Shown here: piece after piece, positions 51,784 to 56,194 of the stretch
Layout: each line of letters starts with the position of its first letter
Position numbering within the stretch: position 1 is the first letter of the stretch
Assembly: GCA_038205935.1 (NCBI GenBank)
Contig: JBBRBK010000006.1
Location: 1 to 56,194, forward strand
Length of the DNA: 56,194 nucleotides
Origin: Campylobacterales bacterium
GTDB taxonomy: Bacteria > Campylobacterota > Campylobacteria > Campylobacterales > Sulfurimonadaceae
Direction of reading: 5' to 3'
The notes under the pieces: model-generated
What the model was told of the DNA's origin: nothing
The model's input: only the letters and a program-made list of their open reading frames with translations
Databases searched by the model: none
Translations under genes and position numbers: made by a program

Positions 51784-53148
51784 ATGAACCATCTTCAAGA
51801 GCATCGCTTTTGGCTTAATGCCAGAGAAATACTACATGCAAGACTTAGCCTCACGGAAGACAAAGCCGAAGACAGCGTCATAGATGACCGTATACGTGGT
51901 AATATCAACATGCATGGGAGCAATCTCTGGATCTTGATGTTTGCTATTTTTGTGGCGTCTGTAGGACTCAATGTCAACTCAACGGCTGTTATCATCGGTG
52001 CCATGTTAATCTCTCCGCTCATGGGACCGATTATGGGCATCGGTTATGGCGCTGGGATTAACGATTTTATTTTAATTCGTACCTCTTTTAAAAACCTTGC
52101 TATTGCAACACTTATCGCCCTTTTAACATCTACACTCTATTTTTTAATCTCTCCTCTTGATACCGCGCAATCTGAACTCTTAGCACGCACAACACCAACT
52201 GCATGGGACGTACTTATAGGCTTTTTCGGTGGACTTGCCGGCATCGTCGGTGTGACGAGAAAAGAGATTAGCAATGTCATCCCTGGTGTTGCTATCGCAA
52301 CTGCTTTGATGCCACCGCTTTGTACTGCAGGGTTTGGACTTGCAACTGGTCATTGGAGCTACTTTTTTGGAGCTTTTTATCTTTATACGATCAACTTTGT
52401 TTTTATCGCACTTTCAGCGTTTTTAGTTGTACGCGCATTTAGTGTTGCAAAGAAAAAATATGTCGATCCAAATATTGCCAAACGAGCACAACGCTATATC
52501 ATGATAATCGTTATTGCTACGATCTTGCCTAGTTCTTATTTGGCTTATCAGCTTGTCGGTGAAGAGGTCTTTAAAGCACAAGCAACATCTTTTATCAATG
52601 CACAAATGAACTTTAAAAATACCAATGTTGCTCAAGTAAAAATCGATACAAAAACGCGTGTACTTAAAGTATTTCTTATCGGGGATCACATTCCAAAAAG
52701 CGAACTCAATAACATTAGTGCTCGTCTTAATGATGCAGGTCTCAAAAATACCATTTTAAAAGTCTACCAAAATGGTGAGAGAGAAACACTCAATGTCTCA
52801 ACGCTCAAAGCAGATATCGTGACAGAACTCTATAAAAATTCTCAAGTCGCAATTGACAATAAAGATAAGCAAATCTTAACACTCAAAACACAAATTCAGA
52901 AGCTTTCTACAAGCCGTGAAAACTTTAAAGAAGTTCCACAAGAGCTCGAAACTCTGTTTCCAAATATTAAAAATGTTTTCTTATCTCAGGGCTATGACTT
53001 AGAAGCAAAAGATAATAACCGAAGTGAAACGAAACTTATCCTCAATGGTGAGACTCGTAAACGCTTGAGTAAAAAAGAACGAAATCAAATCGAAGAGTGG
53101 CTAAAACTACGCATGAAAAACACAAATGTCTCCGTCTATATCCACTAA
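51784..53148 (+). CDS. DUF389/TIGR00341 membrane protein
   Basis: NSTAVIIGAMLISPLMGPI, PGVAIATALMPPL. Confidence 0.9.
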   Translation: MNHLQEHRFWLNAREILHARLSLTEDKAEDSVIDDRIRGNINMHGSNLWILMFAIFVASVGLNVNSTAVIIGAMLISPLMGPIMGIGYGAGINDFILIRTSFKNLAIATLIALLTSTLYFLISPLDTAQSELLARTTPTAWDVLIGFFGGLAGIVGVTRKEISNVIPGVAIATALMPPLCTAGFGLATGHWSYFFGAFYLYTINFVFIALSAFLVVRAFSVAKKKYVDPNIAKRAQRYIMIIVIATILPSSYLAYQLVGEEVFKAQATSFINAQMNFKNTNVAQVKIDTKTRVLKVFLIGDHIPKSELNNISARLNDAGLKNTILKVYQNGERETLNVSTLKADIVTELYKNSQVAIDNKDKQILTLKTQIQKLSTSRENFKEVPQELETLFPNIKNVFLSQGYDLEAKDNNRSETKLILNGETRKRLSKKERNQIEEWLKLRMKNTNVSVYIH

Positions 53149-53170
53149 ACGGATATAGAGTGACCTTTTT
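53135..53170 (+). terminator. Probable terminator after the DUF389 gene
   Basis: TCTATATCC-ACTAAAC-GGATATAGA followed by a T-run. Confidence 0.6.
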
Positions 53171-53423
53171 TCACTGACCTTTTAAACAAGCTGTGAAGCA
53201 GGTAGTCCAATATAATACCCTTGCATGTAATCAACGTCCATCATCTTAATAGTATTAAATAGTTCCTCTTGAAAGACTCTTAAGGTACCTGCGATCTCAT
53301 TATGATTTAGAATTTCATATAAAGTATTTTTCAGTGAAGTGAGTAAAAAGTCAGCTAGTTAATTTTAAGTGAAAATTTCGCTTATATTTAGAATTTGCGA
53401 AGTTAAAATGAGAAGAGTTTAGG

Positions 53424-53442
53424 TGGTGGCCAATCTCGGATT
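53424..53442 (-). other. tRNA 3'-end remnant, putative att core at the island boundary
   Basis: Minus strand AAT-CCGAG-ATTGGCC-A-CCA matches T-loop end, T-stem, acceptor strand, discriminator and CCA. No tRNA 5' half is adjacent. Confidence 0.68.
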
Positions 53443-53536
53443 GCAAAAATACACCTACTCTATACAAGAATATACCAATAATACGGACTTTAAGAAAATA
53501 AAACTTCTCAAATATTTGGTACTTTTATGTATATTT

Positions 53537-53557
53537 TGGCACAAAAATGGCACAAAA
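53537..53557 (+). repeat. Tandem 10-bp direct repeat, candidate integrase arm-type sites
   Basis: TGGCACAAAA-A-TGGCACAAAA, about 95 bp inside the tRNA remnant. Confidence 0.6.
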
Positions 53558-53612
53558 TCTATTCATTAGAATTTTTAAATTATCTAATCTTTTATTCTAT
53601 TTCTACGTAAAA

Positions 53613-54401
53613 TTAATCTTGAGCTACATAGTTACGAGTCACATTGCTTTTCTTTAGATTTCCGGCAACCGTATCATAAAAAGAAATCGTATGTCCTTGG
53701 AACGAATAACCATCAAATGAAAAACTTAAAACTTCAGATTCTCCATATTGACTATTGATTCCAAATAATTCTTTTTCTCCATACCACTCAGCACCAGAAC
53801 CATATTTGATTTTATAATTTCCAGAGGGTATTTTTAATGTTAGTTCTTCTTTTGCTCTTATAAAAAATTTAGCAACTGTTTTATCTCCGCGCATTGTATC
53901 GGAGAGTTTTACATAATAGTTTTTATCGTTCGCAATTAATGCCAGCGGACAATTTGCAGAAGAATTATCATAAGAAGTTGATAAAATTGATGTTAAAGGT
54001 ATCCCAACATTTACTTTTATTGGAGTTGGTGTATTTGAAGTGGTTACTGGAGCAGTTGAAGAGTTAGTATTTGTATTATCAGCTGAAGCAGATTTACTAA
54101 TTATATTTGCTATTACAAGGATAACGAAAAGAGCCGTAACCCAAGGAAGAAAAGAGAACTTTTTATGTGGTTTCAATATGTCTTCCGTAGCTCTAATTTT
54201 TCTTCTAGTTCTAGATGCCTCATTGTATTGTTTTATACCATCATCAATATTTTTATGTAAGCCAATATTATGAGTGTCACTTTTTCTGTTTAAACTAGTT
54301 TTACTATCAATTTTATCATCTAGTTCAATTTCACCCTTAGATTCATTGAATTTTAATTTAAAGTTATTATTTTCACCATAGTCTCTGTCAGCGATCCCCA
54401 T
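53613..54401 (-). CDS. Hypothetical single-pass membrane cargo protein
   Basis: MGIADRDY N-terminus, one TM (FLPWVTALFVILVIANII), S/T/P linker, beta-rich C-terminal domain (IPSGNYKIKYGSG..WYG). Confidence 0.7.
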   Translation of the reverse strand: MGIADRDYGENNNFKLKFNESKGEIELDDKIDSKTSLNRKSDTHNIGLHKNIDDGIKQYNEASRTRRKIRATEDILKPHKKFSFLPWVTALFVILVIANIISKSASADNTNTNSSTAPVTTSNTPTPIKVNVGIPLTSILSTSYDNSSANCPLALIANDKNYYVKLSDTMRGDKTVAKFFIRAKEELTLKIPSGNYKIKYGSGAEWYGEKELFGINSQYGESEVLSFSFDGYSFQGHTISFYDTVAGNLKKSNVTRNYVAQD

Positions 54402-54580
54402 ATAATCTTAACCTTTAAATTTTGAAATAATCTTAATTATTTAATAACGTGATATTTAGTAATTGTACTACAAAAAATATCAATTCATTCTATTTATTGA
54501 AAATACAAATAGCAAGATGCATTGACATACAATTTGTCATATGGCTAAATATTTAATTACTGTTATATACCAACAAAGAC

Positions 54581-54610
54581 TTGACTTATGATATCTAATT
54601 TAGATATCAT
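54581..54610 (+). promoter_or_regulatory. Putative promoter with overlapping palindromic operator
   Basis: TTGACT (-35-like) followed by a perfect inverted repeat ATGATATCTA-ATT-TAGATATCAT, upstream of the RHH gene. Confidence 0.6.
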
Positions 54611-54665
54611 TTTATGATCTTATTAAATGAATCTTTTAATGAGATTAAAATATAAAGGAGTCCAA

Positions 54666-55019
54666 ATGGATATGAATAGTATCGTTAAGTCTGTACAAGG
54701 GCAAGACGAGGAAAAAGTTGGCTTTAGTTTAAAACTACCTATAAGCCTAAAAGAAGAACTTCAATCATTCTGTGAAGAAAAGTCTATTTCAATGAATTCG
54801 CTTATTGTAGCTACATTACAATCATTGCTCAATGACGAATGTGGCAAAGAGCTTAAAAGTATGAAGCGTTTATTACTCTCTTATAGAGAAAGTATTAACA
54901 AAGAACTTGGAGTGATTACCGATGCATTTGACAAAAATAATGCTTCACCTGAAATGGATCAAGAGTATGATGGATTGCTAAACACACTTGCACTTATAAA
55001 TAAAACACTAGGAGTATAA
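54666..55019 (+). CDS. Ribbon-helix-helix (CopG/Arc-like) DNA-binding protein
   Basis: VGFSLKLPISLKEELQSFCEEKSISMNSLIVATLQ. AAGGAG RBS places the start at 54666. Confidence 0.75.
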   Translation: MDMNSIVKSVQGQDEEKVGFSLKLPISLKEELQSFCEEKSISMNSLIVATLQSLLNDECGKELKSMKRLLLSYRESINKELGVITDAFDKNNASPEMDQEYDGLLNTLALINKTLGV

Positions 55020-55020
55020 A

Positions 55021-55299
55021 ATGAACGTAAAAATAGAAGGCATATACCTTAACGGATATGCAAAACCAGAGTATAAAGATAAACAGACGGGCGAAGTAAG
55101 TCAAGGTGATTTCGTAGTGCAGATACAGCAGAAAAAAGAGCTTACTAACGGTGCTTTACAAATGGAATACTTTGATATCCCTATTGATAGATCACTTGAA
55201 AAGCTATATGCTGATAAAAAAATTGGTGATATCGTAACAGTGTTATGTAATGTATATGGTGAAAACTTTGCACAGTTAAAAATAGGAAAAGCGAAGTAG
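55021..55299 (+). CDS. Putative single-stranded DNA-binding protein of the RC element
   Basis: 92 aa, beta-rich, YKDKQTGE hairpin motif, immediately upstream of rep. Confidence 0.6.
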   Translation: MNVKIEGIYLNGYAKPEYKDKQTGEVSQGDFVVQIQQKKELTNGALQMEYFDIPIDRSLEKLYADKKIGDIVTVLCNVYGENFAQLKIGKAK

Positions 55300-55377
55300 T
55301 TATTTAAAAATAAGCATCAGAGAAGCTCATCTTGGCGGAGAGCTTCCCTGACTGTAAATCCCACGAAGGAAATACTA

Positions 55378-56106
55378 ATGGATTATACAATAAATCGTCT
55401 AAATGAAAATGTGCTTGGATATCGAGGTTCTATGGCTTTGCCACTTGAATTCGATAGTTCCAGCACCAATGCCGTAGGCTCCTTGACTATTTATAAAGAA
55501 GTTGTGGACATCGATATGACAGCCGTCATAAAAGAACGCCATAGAATCATTCACTATGGTTTGAGCAAATCAAATTTAGATGAAGTAGAAAAAAAACTAA
55601 AAGATCAAAAGAGATTTTTAAATTATAGTTCTATATATGATAGAATCAATCAAAAATATATCCCCTTATCTGATATTATCATATCAGCTTATCACTCACC
55701 TGAAAGATATTATGCAGAACTGCAAAATAGAATCAATACCCTCACAAAAATTGCACAACAACGAAAACTAAAACCGCTCTTTATGACATTGACACTGCCA
55801 AGTGAATATCATAAGTATAAAACCACAAAACAAGGTAAATTGGTTAAAAATGAAAAGTACAACTATTTTAGTCCCAAAGAATCTGTAAAAGTGCTTACTA
55901 AAATGTTTGCAAGGCTTAGACAAGATAGATCACTAAAAGAATTAAGCAAAGATGAGCGTTTATATTTCAGAGTCAATGAACCTCATAAAGACGGCACACC
56001 TCACACACATATACTAATGTATGTTCCTGCTAATAGAGTACAAAGAGTCAAAGATGCAAAAAACGCACCAAACGGGCCACTCATCGCGTTAGCATCCGGC
56101 CACTAA
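55378..56106 (+). pseudogene. HUH rolling-circle replication endonuclease (phage gpA-like), truncated by an insertion
   Basis: Motif I FMTLTLPSEYH and motif II EPHKDGTPHTHILM. No motif III Tyr; the last ~17 aa are read from the inserted sequence. Confidence 0.8.
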
Positions 56107-56194
56107 AAACGCTCAACATCGGGCCAGTGATGACGGAGATGATCCGGCCACTTTTATGTGTCGAGCGCGATTTTATATTCACATAAGAATTAAG
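56055..56194. mobile_element. Terminal region of a probable IS21-family element
   Basis: Starts with TG, GC content jumps, and four C(C/G)GGCCA(C/G)T repeats follow at 23-24 bp spacing. Confidence 0.65.

Larger units (their letters stand above)
53424..56194. mobile_element. Edge of an integrated rolling-circle element (inovirus-like prophage, satellite or integrated plasmid), truncated by the window
   Basis: att-like remnant, arm-like repeats, AT-rich composition, RHH + SSB-like + HUH Rep module. Confidence 0.75.

Noticed and set aside
53424..53442. A complete tRNA gene
   Set aside because: The D-arm, anticodon arm and TTC of the T-loop are absent upstream on the minus strand; only the 3' remnant is present.
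813..54273. Numerous 60-210 aa ORFs antisense or out of frame within long genes (e.g. 16689-17045, 17251-17889, 28414-28728)
   Set aside because: They are shadows of well-supported genes, with no recognisable motifs.
56073..56152. Four regularly spaced repeats read as a CRISPR array or plasmid iterons
   Set aside because: Repeats of about 10 bp with about 13-bp gaps are too short for CRISPR. The TG start and the mid-gene interruption of rep fit an IS end better than iterons.

Overview
An AT-rich (roughly 35% GC by eye) chromosomal segment that looks like a free-living Campylobacterota (Sulfurimonas/Sulfuricurvum-like), judged from gene content and the HP0268-miaB-DUF374-pilMNO-like synteny. 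Most of it is housekeeping: recQ, trxC, hemD, guaA, nhaD, nadB, uvrC, lon, bamD, fliW, proC, pckA, rimO, tilS, miaB, nusA, aguB and pyk. It also carries a PAS/Hpt/NIT-hybrid-kinase/receiver phosphorelay and a four-lipoprotein CsgG-DUF4810-DUF799 operon. There are two accessory regions. (1) About 25.9-28.9 kb: a toxin-antitoxin pair and a frameshifted methyltransferase separated by degenerate repeats, plus a complete IS5-family element. (2) From about 53.4 kb to the end: the edge of an integrated rolling-circle element (tRNA 3' remnant, arm-like repeats, RHH regulator, SSB-like gene, HUH Rep), whose rep is cut by a probable IS21-family end. The most striking unexplained signal is a highly iterated palindrome, (C)TTACATGTAA(G): at least 13 perfect 10-mers by manual count versus about 0.2 expected. 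It sits inside genes in two reading frames and in intergenic hairpins, and was not seen in the foreign DNA. All calls come from reading the sequence; no searches were run.
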